DNA of 64,000 nt from Selaginella moellendorffii (taxonomy: Eukaryota; Plantae; Lycopodiophyta), in NCBI RefSeq assembly GCF_000143415.4, contig NW_003314372.1:334210-398209 (forward strand). The letters are read 5' to 3'. The notes under the pieces are model-generated. The model was not told the DNA's origin, ran no database searches, and saw only the letters and a program-made list of their open reading frames with translations. Both the position numbers and the translations under genes were made by a program. Of the stretch, positions 26,621 to 39,317 are shown in pieces. Within the stretch, counting starts at the first letter, position 1. Every line of letters starts with the position of its first letter.

Positions 26621-27447
26621 TGTAAGCCACAAGGTGGCTACCTTCCTTAGTTCCTCTTCTGGAACATACACTCTCATTTGTTCCCTAGGAAGGGCGAGGA
26701 CCAATGAGCCACAAGGTACTCAAGTGGGGCACCACTCCACATGAGTTGGGAGCACCGCAATTGGTTTCCCTTTCGGGAGTGGGAGTTGTTCTTGAGCATT
26801 TCCTTGGGTGGCCCCTCCGGCACCACCCAAGCCCATGCTCACTCCCACCCAAGGCCCCTCAGCCCCAGTCTAACCCTCAAGTCAGTTTGGAAGCACCACT
26901 GGAGAGTTCCTTCAAGATTGGTTCCTGGACCTCACTATCCCTACTATAATTTTGGAACCCCCTGCAGCCCCCCCCCGGGAGATGCACGCTTTGGGCTTTC
27001 ACCCCTTGACCCGTATTAGTATTCGGACTCAGTCTCGGACTTGATCTTGGACTCGATCTCGGACCTGACTTCGGATTCGGTCTTGGACTTGATCTCGGAC
27101 TCGATCTCGGACCTGACTTCGGATTCGGTCTCGGACTCGATCTCGGGTTCGATCTCGGACCCGATCTCGGACTTGACTTCGGACTCGACCTCGGACCCGA
27201 TTTGGGTCTCGGACTCTGTCTCGAACTCGGTCTCAAACTCTATCTCGAACTCGGTCTCGAACTTGGTCTCGAACTTGGTCTCCAATTCGGCCTCGGGCTC
27301 GATCCCGGACTCTATCTCGAACTCGGTCTCAGAGTCGGTCTTGGACTCGATCTTCGATTCGGTCCCATCCGATGAACTCTTTGTCATTTCGGTCATGCTT
27401 TCGTGGATCCTTTAGCCTACGACATCTTGAGGAGTCGGTTCCTTACA
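26621..27447 (-). mobile_element. Family C solo LTR (U5-deleted) inserted antisense into the 5' UTR of a C element
   Basis: TGTAAGCCAC...GTTCCTTACA; perfect TSD AGAGG. Confidence 0.92.
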
Positions 27448-27466
27448 AGAGGCGGATCGTAGGGAG

Positions 27467-29579
27467 ATGGCAAAGGCAGGGCAAAAACAAACCAAGGCGG
27501 AGACAGAACCTCCTCCAGAGCTGGAGCCTCCGGTCAAACAAGAGGTTATAGATGAGGAATCCTTGCATGAGGAGGACTGCAATGAAGAAACTTCCAAACA
27601 AAAGTCCGGTGGTGAGGTTCGGTTGTCCAAGGCTCGATTGGACGTTCTAGAAGGACAATTGGCATAGACCAATGCCCTGCTGGAGACTCTCGTACAGAAG
27701 CTAAAGCGTGACGAGAAGCGGATTAAAAAGCGAAAGATTGCAGATACTGGTAGTGCAGAAGGTGTGGACCCTTCGGTAGGGACTAAGGCAGAACCAAACA
27801 AGGTCGAACAGACTAAAGTGGAATTAGTCCTTTAGGCAGTTCCCAAGTACAAACCAAAGCCCCCACCAGTCTTCAAGGGAGTGAACGACTATAAGGTGGT
27901 GGAGGATTGGTTTTATGATATGGAAGACTACTTCCGAGCGTTGTGGTTACCGAGCTTGGAGAAGGTCCCATGTGCAAAACCATACTTGGCAGATAATGCC
28001 AAGTCTTGGTGGAGAACGACGAAGGCCAACGAAGGACCGGTGGCCACTTGGGAATAATGAAGGCGAGGATCCGCACGACATACATTCCTCCGAATGCTAC
28101 TCTGCACCTGAGGGATGAGTTGAGTAGGCTAAAGCAGACCGGAACCATTCAAGAGTCTGTGAATGGATTTATAGCAAAGAGGATACTGGTCACAGATATG
28201 GGTGATATGGATGTGTTCCATGCCTTCATATCAGGCTTGAAAACCTGGGCTCACGGTGAGGTGATGCGTTGTAACCTGACCAATTACAAAGAAGCGTTGG
28301 ATGCGGCTAGGTGTATTTCAACGATAACCTGCAAAAGGAGAACACGACGGGGTCGGGGTCCACATTTAGCAAAGGGGCCAAACCAAGGGGAACATATAAC
28401 AAAGGGAAATTCAAGAAAAGTTTCTCTAAGAATGAGTCCTCGGGGTTTCGGAAAGGTAGATTCGGTGGCCAGCCAACGAGTACATGGGGGAGTCAAGCCA
28501 AAAGAGACAAACCCATGGATAAAAAGGGCAAGTTGGTTAGTAGCTTAGGAAACAACATATGCTACAACTGCGGTGAAGTGGGACACTTCTCGAGGGAATG
28601 TCCTTACCCGAAGAAGGCTAAAGCCAATATGGCCATTAAGTCGGGTGAAATCCAAATTGAGGTACGTGATCCAGTCCCTAACTCAAAGTTACTCAATACA
28701 CGAGCAACTTTGGTAGAGAGTCGTTTGCGACATCTACTAGCCCTCCGAGAGAAACTCGGAGGTAGCTTTGTTAAGATCCTTATTGACACGGGTGCTTTGG
28801 ATAATTTTGTGGCTACAGACATAGTCCAGCAAGTTGGACTAATGGTGCAGTGGCTGGGTGAACCAAGGATTATAGAGTTTGTTCAAGGTAGCCAAAGCAC
28901 CAATGAGGTACTTCGACAAGGGAGAGTCGAAGTAGGGACATGGAAAGTAGACATGGATTTCACCGTGTTGGACATGGCGAGATTTGATGTAATCTTTGGG
29001 ATCGATTGGTTCAATCAGTTCATAGTAGCCCTGTATGGACAAAGTAGAAACCTTATGGTACTAATGAATGCCCAAGGAAGAAGATCTAGGGTGGAGGCCC
29101 AGGATCTAAAGGTAGGGCAATGCAAGGCCAAAGATTCCTACCTAAACCTGGTGTCCATGAGAGGACAACTCACTAAAGGAAGGAAGGCAGCATTTTTGTG
29201 CTTACTCTCGGTGAAAAGTGACAAAAAGATGGGAATGGAAGAAGTACCTTTAGTGATCTAGCAAGTGTTGGACCAATTCTAGGATACTATGCTAGAGGAG
29301 CTACCGGCGGGGTTGCCTCCTACATGACCAATAGAACATAAGATTGAGCTGGTCAAGGGTGTTGAGGCAATGGTTTGTCCTCTCTATCGTTTGAACAAAA
29401 AAGGAACTTGAGGAGCTCAAGCACCAACTAAAGGAATTGGTGGACAAAGGGTATGTTAGGTTGAGCAAGTTGCCATATAGGGCACCAGTGTTATTTGTGA
29501 AAAAGAAAGATGGATCTATACACATGTGCATAGACTACCGGTTGCTCAAAAACTATACAAAAAAAAACAAGTACCCTTT
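27467..29579 (+). pseudogene. Family C gag-protease-RT(N), disrupted
   Basis: CYNCGEVGHFSRECP knuckle, LIDTGA protease, [19 protein letters not shown]. Confidence 0.9.
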
Positions 29580-31550
29580 CACATATTCCTGGATGGTTCC
29601 AGTCTGCTTCAGCCTACTCAGTTCATCCCTCAGATGCAGAGTGGCATTCGGAGGAACGTATGTTGCGCGGATCCTCGCCTTCATCATGTCCCAAGTGACC
29701 ACCGGTCCTTCGTTGGCCTCCGTTGTTCTCCACCAAGACTTGGCGTTATCTGCCAAGTATGGTTTTGCACATGGGACCTTCTCCGAGCTTGGTAATCGCA
29801 ACGCTCGGAAGTAGTCCTCCATATCGTAAAACCAATCCTCCACCACCTTATAGTCGTTCACTCCCTTGAAGACCGGTGGGGGCTTCGGTTTGTACTTGGG
29901 AACTGCCTGGGGGACTGACTCCACTTCGGTCTGTTCGACCTTGTCTGGTCTTGCCTCAGTCCCTGCCGAAGGGTCCGCACCTTCTGCGCTGCCAGCATCC
30001 GCAGTCTTTCGCTTTTTCTTTCGCTTCTCGTCACGCTTTAGCTTGCGTACGAGAGTCTCTAGCAGGGCATTGGTCTGTGCCAATTGCCCTTCTAGAACGT
30101 CCAATCGAGCCTTGGACGACCAAACCTCACCACCGGACTTCTGTTTGGAAGTTGCCTCACTGGAATCCTCCTCATGCAACGATTCCTCATCCATAGCCTC
30201 CTGTTCGACCGGGGGCTCCAGCTCTGGAGGAGGTTCCGTCTCCGCCTGGGTTCGCTTACGTCCTACCCTTGCCATCTCCCAGCAATCCGCCTCTATCCTT
30301 CGCTAGAACTGAGGAAGAGGCTCCGATACCAAATTGTAAGCCACAAATTTTTCTTTCCAATTTGCCAGCTTACCTCGTCTATCCGTCCAACACTGCCTTG
30401 GCTTTTGCTAAGTTCCCTCGCCAAGGTTCTCGCCTATGGTACCCGCTCCTACTTGGTTTCAGCTACTCACTGCACGAGCAACGGAGTGTTAGCCATCCTT
30501 CCACGGATTCCCAAATCACTCCCAATCCCCCTCCCCGGGTTAGACTGGACTTAAGGTTTGGCTACACTCCCCGCAGGCACAAGTAGCCAAGCACACCAAG
30601 CCTCCAGATTCCTAACACCCCTTGGTACCACAAGACTTGATCATGGGACCCTCTAAATCCCAAGTCTTGGGTGCAGCACTTGCTTCGGGACGTCGGGGCG
30701 AAACACCGTGGCCTAACGACCCGGTATGGGTACCTCTACCCCCCCTCTTCCATCCCGAAGGGAAGGCCCAAGCCCTCGGAAGGGCGAGGACCAATGAGCC
30801 ACAAGGTACTCAAGTGGGGCACCACTCCACCTGAGCCGGGAGCACCGCAGNNNNNNNNNNNNNNNNNNNNNNNNNNNNNNNNNNNNNNNNNNNNNNNNNN
30901 NNNNNNNNNNNNNNNNNNNNNNNNNNNNNNNNNNNNNNNNNNNNNNNNNNCTTGAGCACTTCCTTGGATGGCCCCTCCGGCACCAGCCAAGTCCATGCTC
31001 ACTCCCACCCAAGGCCCCTCGGTCCCAGTCTCAACCTCAAGTTGGTTTGGAAGCCCAACTGGAGAGTCCCTTCAAAACTGGTTCCTGGACCTCACTATCC
31101 CTACTATACTTTTGGAACCCCCTGCAGCCCCCCCCCCTGGGAGACGCACGCTTTGGGCTTTCACCCCTTGACCCGTATTAGTATTTGGACTTAGTCTCTG
31201 GCTCGATCTCAGACCCGATTTCGGATCCGACTTCGGATTCGGGTTCGGACTCGATCACGGACTCGATCTCGAACCCGATCTTGGACCTGACCTCGGACTC
31301 GACCTCGGACTCGGTCTCGGACCCGATTTCGGATCTCGGACTCCGTCTCGAACTCGGTCTCGAACTCGGACTCGAACTCGGTCCCCGAGTCGGTCTCGGA
31401 CTCGATTCCGGACTCTATCTCGAACTCGGTCCTAGAGTCGGTCTTGGACTCGATCCTCGACTTGGTCCCATCCGATGAACTCTTTGTCATTTCGGTCAAG
31501 CTTTTGGGGATCCTTTAGCCTACGACATCTCGGGGAGTCGGTTCCTTACA
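29580..31550 (-). mobile_element. Second family C 5' end: LTR 30335-31550, PBS 30320-30331, gag N-terminal ORF 30275-29580
   Basis: TGGTATCGGAGC PBS; ORF with [11 protein letters not shown]...NAKSWW...LSRLKQTG; fused tail-to-tail with the plus-strand RT. Confidence 0.9.
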
Positions 31551-32756
31551 CTATTGTATTGTTATCCTAGGTGGAAGTCTTTGGTTTTATCAAAGACTAA
31601 GTTGAAGGTTTTTTCTTGAATCTTGAGAAATAGATTCTTAAGTGCCTTTAAGAGTTTTTTTATATCCTACATTCAAAAATAAGAAATGTCATGGTTGCAA
31701 TTTTTTCAATTTTTACATCTTCTATTTTTAATTATATTGTGTTATTATCCTTAGTGGTCTTGTATTTCTTGAGTTTGTTATCGTGAAGCTTTAATAATTT
31801 CTCAAACTTCTCTTGGGATTATTTCGATGATGATTATGCTTTGGTTTTATAGTCTAGTCACGGGAATTTCGGTGATACGTCGAATTAGCATTGTTGCATT
31901 AACATTGATATATTGAATTTTTTTGTGAACTAGAGAGTTGATATCTTCTTCATTGATCTGAGTGATTATGATTGGAAATTTAGTGCTTCAAAATGAATTT
32001 TGAGGTTGAGCATTTCAAATTTGTGTATAAGCTTGAATTTGAATTTGTTCTCGTGCTTGTAGATATGATGGTTATTCTAGAATTTATATTCTTGTTTACT
32101 GTGCTTGAGCTCTCAAGTATGGTGGAACTCTCATATGTGATGGAAAATAAAGTTAGGGTTATTTTCTTGTAGCAAGTCTTCTAGCCTCAAGATTTCTTAT
32201 TGGTGTAGATTGATAGTATATTAGATAGGTTTTTAATGTGCAATGTTGTGCTTCGATGTGTATAGTTGTGAACTTGAGTGAGTGTTATTGTTGGAAGTGT
32301 ATCGTTGATTAGTCTTTGTAGTAATCAAAGTAGAATCATTACATTTTCTTGAGTATCAAGATTTCTTTGTCCAGCAATAAGTTGATAGATATGAGAATCG
32401 ACAATCCTGATCTCAATTGCAGCTAACACTAGAGAAAGCTTGTTATTGAAAACTATTGTGATTGGTATAAAAACTTTTATTTATATGTTTTTAAGAAATT
32501 AATGAAAATGTGGAAGAAAATATGGTCTCAATAAATCCAAGTCAAGCTTTAAACTCTTGCAAAATAGTTATAACAAATATGTTTTTTTGCACATGTTCGT
32601 ATTCTTGTTAGTTTTTCTTTTTGTTACTTTCTTTGTTAGCCTCTTCTTTATTTTTAATCTTTATAGTAATCTTCTTTGCCATGCAATAATCACATTGTTG
32701 CTTTTGAGAGCACTTGGTGTAGGGTTTGGGGTAGCTTTGAAAGCCGTAGAGGATAT

Positions 32757-35700
32757 TGTTAGGTGCCAGCTTTGACTACGTGGTCAACATCGGTCAAAGG
32801 GAGGCTCAAGGGTATTAAGGCATGTTAGGGTAAGGGAATTAACCTACCCTAGGGCTCATAGTGGAGTGGCGGCGCAGTGGAGCTTTTGAGGTAGCTCAGG
32901 GGTGGTTGGGTGGTGAGGAACCTCAAGAGGTGGTGTAGCATAGTCTAGGGCGACTACATCTCTGTCTTTTTGTGCCGGATCATAACATTGGTATTAGAGA
33001 AGTTGGTTGCGATGGCCGACCAAGCTGAACACTGGAATCCTATTGTCGATAGTGGTGCTGACGATGGTGTCGATGAAGCTACAGAGATTTGGACCATTCA
33101 AGATGTGGTTCATGAGCTGCGAGCCCTTAATAAAAATCAGCAAGAGATGCAAGATAAGATGCATGGCATGATGGATACCATGCATGGGCATGTTGAGGCA
33201 CTCGAGGCTGGATGGGGTAGCACTCCAAGTAAGCCTTCTTTGGTAGATCGACTCAAGATTCCAACTTTTTCCGGTGATGGTGGTGTGGACGAGTGTCTTG
33301 CTTGGCTAGCCAATGTGAAGAAGTTCTTGGCTCCTAGAGGAACTCCAGATGCAAAGGCTTTAGTGGCTATTCTGATGGTTTTACGTGATGCAGGTCTTCG
33401 ATGGTGGAATTGGCTTGAGGAGTCCCGTGTTGCGGATTAGAAACCACCAGTGTCTACCATGGATGAATTTGAGGCTGCTTTCCATTTACGTTTTGCCCCT
33501 CATTACAATGTGGAGAATGCTCGTACAGAACTTCGACATTTCCAGCAAGGGAAAATGACGCTTGGGGACTATATTGAGAAGCTTACTCGCTTGATTAGTC
33601 GTGTTCCAACGAAGGATTTAGATCAGAACAAGTCCTACTTCATTGATGGCCTATATAGTGAGAGCATGCGGCAACACTTGCATCATTCTCAACCTACAAA
33701 GAGTTTGGAGGAGCTCATTGATGCGGCTCGTCGACTTGACAATGATAAGCACAAGTCTCACAAGCGTTCCCAGAGTCCTTCTATCGAGAATTGTCATGAT
33801 GATCGCCGTGGACACAAGGATGGAAATAAGCATCACAAGTTGAAGTCGGTGGTGACTACTTCAGATGCAAAGGGGTCCAAGAAGCAGAAGTTCTTTGTGA
33901 AGAATTATAGACAGGGTTGTCATCATTGTGGGGAACTTAGACACTACAAGGCTGATTGTCCGCAATTGAAGAACAAGTAGCAGGACAAGAAGAATGGCCA
34001 ATCTTCTTCTCACGGTAAGTCAGATACTAAAAAGTTGCAAACTTTGCAGTGTGAGGATGAGGAGAATGACCATTCCGGTTGGAGGAAGCGACTTTCGATC
34101 ATTGCTCATCAGCTCAACTGTGTGTGGAACAAGATGGAGCTCAAGGATACACGTGAATCAGCTTTAATGCTGGAGGGTGTGTTTCGTGGCGATCCAGTGC
34201 AGATTTTACTGGATAGTGGGAGTGATGACAACTTTGTTTTGGCAAAGTTTGTTGCAGAGCATGGCCTGGTCACACACAGCATTCTTCCATACACAGTGGA
34301 AGGTGCAGCTACCTCTACTCAGCATTTCGATGCTTGTGTCGAGGGGCTGAAAGTGTTGGTTGGCAAAACTACACTTGTGCAGACTTTTTATCTCGCAGAT
34401 ATCCATCGTGTGGATCTCTTCTCGGGATGTCATGGTTGGTGAAAGTGGATCAAGAGATAAAGTGGAGTATTAAGCATATCTCGTTGGAGTATGGTGGCGT
34501 TAAAGATGTGTGGTTTGGCAAGGGCGTTCAACCACCAATTGTTATGCTCTCTGCTACATCTTTGAAGCGGGCTTGTTGTAATGGAAAAGCACTTTCGAGT
34601 TACTTGCTGTTTGTTCGTGACTTGGGGGACCAAGGCACGTGTGGGGGAGAAGCAGCAGTACAGGATGTACTTGACGAGTTTTCTGATGTTTTTCCATTTG
34701 AACTTCCTCATAGATTGCCTCCGTTACAAGGTGTGGAGCATAGGATTATAGAGCCGGGGATACAACCAATTTATTGGCGTCCATTTCGGTTAAGTTATGC
34801 GGAGGAGCAAGAAGTTCAACGACAATCAAGGAGTTACTTGAGTTTGGATTTATTCAGCCAAGTAAGTCTCCATTTGGTGCTCCGGTCTTGCTTGTGAAGA
34901 AGAAGGACGGTTCAATGCGAATGTGTATTGACTACCACGCTTTGAATAAGAAGACAGTGAAAGATAAGATGCGATGCCATGTGTGGATGATATCCTGGAC
35001 AAGCTTGGTGAAGCACGAGTGTTTACCAAGATTGATTTGAGTGGATATCATCAGATTGCAATGGATGATGCATCTATTTCCAAGATGGCATTCAACAAAA
35101 GCTTCAGACATTTTGAGTTTACAGTTATGCCGTTTGGTTTGACGAATGCACCGGCCACATTTACTCAGTTGATGACGAAGGTATTTGGGCATTATTTTCA
35201 TGAGTTTATGGAGATTTTCTTGGACGATATTCTTGTTTTTAGCAAGAATATAGAGGAGCATAGGGTGCATTTGCGCAAGGTTCTTTTGTTACTTCGAGAC
35301 AGTAAAGTTTATGCAAAGAAGGCAAATGTGAATTTGCAAAGTCAGAGGTGGAATATCTAGGCCATATTGTGACATCTATGGGTGTCAAGACGGATCCAAG
35401 GAAGGTGGCTGTGGTGGAAAACTAGCCTACACCAACTATAGTGGCCGAGTTGTGTAGTTTTCTTGGTATTGCTAGTTACTACTGACGTTTCCAGCATAAG
35501 TTTGCAGAGGTGGCTATTCCTTTGATGCGGTTGTTATGCAAAAATGTGCCATTCGAGTGGAAGAAGCCACAAGAGGAGAGTTTTGTGGCGCTGAAACAAT
35601 TGTTGAGCGAGACTCCAGTGCTTCTCATTGCTGATCCATTGAAACCTTACGAGGTGACATGCGATGGGAGTGGTTATGCACTGGGAGGAGTTCTCATGCA

Positions 35701-37648
35701 AGAGGGACAGCCTATTGCATATGAGAGTCGAACTTTGAATTCCGCGGAGCAACGCTATTCCACATATGAGCAAGAGTTACTCTCTATTGTTCATGCTTTG
35801 CGGACGTGGCGGCACTATCTTTATGGTGAAGTGTTCGTGGTGTTGATAGATAACAAACCACTTGTGTATCTTTTCACACAGGAGTTGAACACTAGGCAAG
35901 CTCACTGGATGGTCAAACTCATGAAATTTGGGGAGTTTCCTATTGAGCATTGTCCGGGAAAATCAAATGTGGTGGCAGATGCGTTATCTCGTATTCGTCA
36001 TGTGACGACATTACAAACACGATTTTGTCATTATTTGAGTAAAGTGGTCAGCGAGTTTGGGCAGTTGGTTGAGCATGCTCAAGCTCAGGATGCTAAGGTG
36101 GCCTCTTTGCGAGACTAGATGGAAGCCCCTTTCTCATTGGTGGATGGGATTCTCTACTACAATGGCCGTGTATATTTGCTACGGGTGGATGCGTTAATTA
36201 CTCAAGTTTTATTCCACTATCATGATCGTCTAGAGGCCGGTCATTTTGGGGGGCAGAAGACGTACGAGTTGATTAAGCGCAACTTTTATTGGAGGAATAT
36301 GAAGGCTGATATCCTCAAGTATTGTAAATCATGTGAGCTTTTTCAGCGGGTTAAGGTGCCACGGGAGAAGCCGGGGGGACTTTTGCAACCTTTATCTATT
36401 CCTCAAAGCCATTAGTGTAGTATCTCTATGGACTTCATCACTTGTTTGCCATGAACACAGAGGCAGAAGGAGCAAGTATGGGTCATAGTGGATCGGTTGA
36501 CGAAGTATGTGCGGTTGTTGGCTCTTCAGAAGACTGTCACTGCCTCAGACTTGGCTGTGTTTACTTGGAGAAGGTTTTTCCTGATTTTGGTTTGCCGGAG
36601 GAGATCATTAGTGATCAAGATTCAAAGTTCACCAGTGGATTTTGGAAAAGCTTTGCAAAGGCTATGCAAGTGACTTTGAAACTCTCGAGTGGAGATCATC
36701 CTTAGACAGATGGGCAAACCGAGCGTGTGAATCAGGTGGTGGAGGATATGCTACGTTGTAGCATTGGTCAAAGGCAAGGACAGTGGGATTTATATCTTCC
36801 ATTGGTGCAATTTGCTTACAACAATAGCCAACACAGTGGAACCAAGCTAAGTCTTTATTTTGCCATGTTTGGAAGGCATCCTCAAATAGCGGTGGAGTTG
36901 GGATTGCATTTGAGTAAGGACGTTCAAGATAAGCTTGATTTTGAGGCAACTGATCTGGCCGTAGAACTTGATGAGATCTGGTGGTGTGCAAATGGAATTT
37001 GCAAGCAGCTCAGGATAGAGTAGAGAAGTTTGCCAATGAGCATCGCCAATTCCGGGAATATAAGGTGGGTGATCTCGTCTTTGTGCACGTGCTCTTTCCG
37101 TCAAGTGAGCGGTGAAACACCTTGGTGCCTTTACGGATAGGGAAGAGTGATAAACTTTCCTATCGATATGCTGGTCCATATGAAGTGCTGAAGCGCATTG
37201 GTAAAACGGATTATAGGGTGCGGCTGCCAGCTGGGGTGAAAGTTCATTCGGTATTTTATGTCAGCTAGTTGAAAGGTGTACTATCTCGGAGTGACGGGCC
37301 CAATGCCTCCTTGATGTATACGGCTGTGGAAGATGGACCAGGAGCTTGAGCAGAGTTCCCCAGAAAGGGTGATCACTGGTACAACTCGTCCTTGGGACAA
37401 AGACTTTGTTGGGGGGGAAGAATTGTTAGGCGCCAGCTTTGACTATGTGGTCAACATCGGTCAAAGGGAGGCTCAAGGGTATATTAAGGCATGTTAGGGT
37501 AAGGGAATTAACCTACCCTAGGGCTCACAGTGGAGCGGCGGCACAATGGAGCTTTTGAGGTACTTCGGGGGTGGTTAGGAACCTCAAGAGGTGGCGTAGC
37601 ATAGTCTAGGGCGACTAGATTTTTGTCTTTTTGCGCCAGATCATAACA
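32757..37648 (+). mobile_element. Full-length family A Ty3/gypsy (4892 bp): LTRs 32757-32987 and 37424-37648
   Basis: Perfect TSD GATAT; PBS 32989-32999; PPT 37411-37423; domain order gag-PR-RT-RH-IN. Confidence 0.96.
33012..37349 (+). pseudogene. Family A gag-pol polyprotein with multiple stops and frameshifts; no chromodomain
   Basis: gag and PR segments in one frame; RT FLDD, RH CDGSGYALG, IN H..H..C..C-type region, MDFI/ISDQD core, YAGPY. Confidence 0.92.
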
Positions 37649-38134
37649 GATATAGTCTTCATATCTTGTATATCTTTGAAGTTTGAAAGAACAATTTTGT
37701 TGCTTCATCAATCTTTTACAGTCTTTAAAGTCTTTTTTCAGTGTGAGGAAAATTTTTCTTGAGTGTGTTGAGTCTTGAGTGTCAAGAATTTTTCTTGAGT
37801 ATCAAGAAATTTCCCAACTGTCGAAACCTTGAGTGTTCTTGAAGGACAGTTGTAACCACTTTGATTTTTATAGAGATATGTGTATTGATCTTCTGCCATT
37901 TCCTATTGAATTGGGTAGTCTTTGTATTTTGAGAAATCATATGGAGAGCTTTGCCATCTTCTTCCTATTGTCTTGTCTTTGGAGTAGTCTTGGTGTTTTT
38001 TTTTATCATTTTCTTGTTGGGATTTTACTTCTTTTTGTGATGTATCCTATCCCACCATGGTCGCTAGTGAAAACTAGGTAGAATTGTTTCTACTAGACGA
38101 TTATATATGAATGTAAGAGAGAATTTGTTGAAGA

Positions 38135-39317
38135 TGTTTATGAAAAAGAAAGATGGATATATATGCATGTATATAGACTACTGGTTGCTGAACAAGTATA
38201 CAAAGAAGAACAAGTATCCTTTACCAAGGATTGAGGACATATTTGATAGGTTGGGAAAGGCAAAATATTTCTTGAGGATTCACCTAAGGTTTAGATACTA
38301 CTAAATCAAGTTAGCAAAGAAAGATGTCGAGAAGACAACTTGTTAGACAAGGTATGGAAGTTTTGAATTTTTAGTGATGCCCTTTGGGCTATGCAATATA
38401 TCAGCAATGTTTTCAATGCTGATGGACCATTTTTTTGTACCCTATCTAGATCATTTTGTCATTGTATATATTGATGACATCCTGATTTACAACAAGATGC
38501 TAGAAGAGCATGCCAAACACTTGACGAAGGTGTTTGAAAAACTAAAGGAACACAAGTTGTATGCTAAAAAGAGCAAATGTGACTTTTCTTAATAAAAGGT
38601 AAAGTTTCTCAAGCATATGGTGGGCAAAGATAGGCTCAAGATAGATCCTAAGAAGGTTCAAGTGATTTTTGGAGCTATGTAACTACTACCAAAAGTTTAT
38701 CAAACACTATTTAAAAGTAACCCTACCTTTAATGGACCAAATGGAAAAAGGGAAAATGGTATATACAGCGGAATGCAAAGTGGCATTTATCCACCTCAAA
38801 GGGAATTTGAGGAAAACTCTCATGTTAGCATTACCAGACTTTGCTAAAGACTTTGAGGTAGAAATAGAAACTTCAAACTTTGTATTGGGTGTAGTTTTGA
38901 AGCAAAAAAACTATCCAATGGTGTTCTTCTTGAAGAAATTAGACAAAGCTTAGTGAAAGTGGCCTACTCACAAGAAGAAATTATTTGTGTTGGTCAAGGT
39001 GCTCAAGAAGTGGCAATACTACATTGGAAGACACTTCAAAGTTTACACGAATAATGTGGCAATGAAACACTTTTTATCACAACCTGACCTGCGAGGAAAA
39101 TAGGGTCAGTGGGCCAATGCTTTGGCCGTGTTTGATTGCAAGATTCTGTATAAACCTAGAAAGAGCAACATTATGGCAGATGCTCTAAGTCAAAAAGTAA
39201 GCTTGAAGTTGGCAATATCTAATATGACAATAACCTTTTGGGATGATGTGCAAATAGTGTATGAGAATGATAGTCTAACATAAGAAGTGTTGCTAAGGAA
39301 CCAAGAGGCATGGGAAG
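38135..39317 (+). pseudogene. Diverged family C-like RT-RNase H fragment without LTRs
   Basis: KKKDG.ICMYIDY, MPFGLCN, YIDDILIY, LALPDFAKDFEV; its 3' part aligns to 60766-61335. Confidence 0.85.

Larger units (their letters stand above)
24352..29579 (+). mobile_element. Family C chromovirus, 5' half: LTR 24352-26575 (with nested H), PBS ~26579-26590, gag-PR-RT start
   Basis: LTR starts TGTAAGGAACC as at 63004; PBS-like TAGTATCAGAGC; coding remnants follow. Confidence 0.88.

Noticed and set aside
24352-31550. TIR DNA transposon bounded by TGTAAGGAACC...GGTTCCTTACA
   Set aside because: The ends are the 5' LTR starts of two convergent C elements; flanks ATAGA/CTATT are not a TSD and there is no transposase
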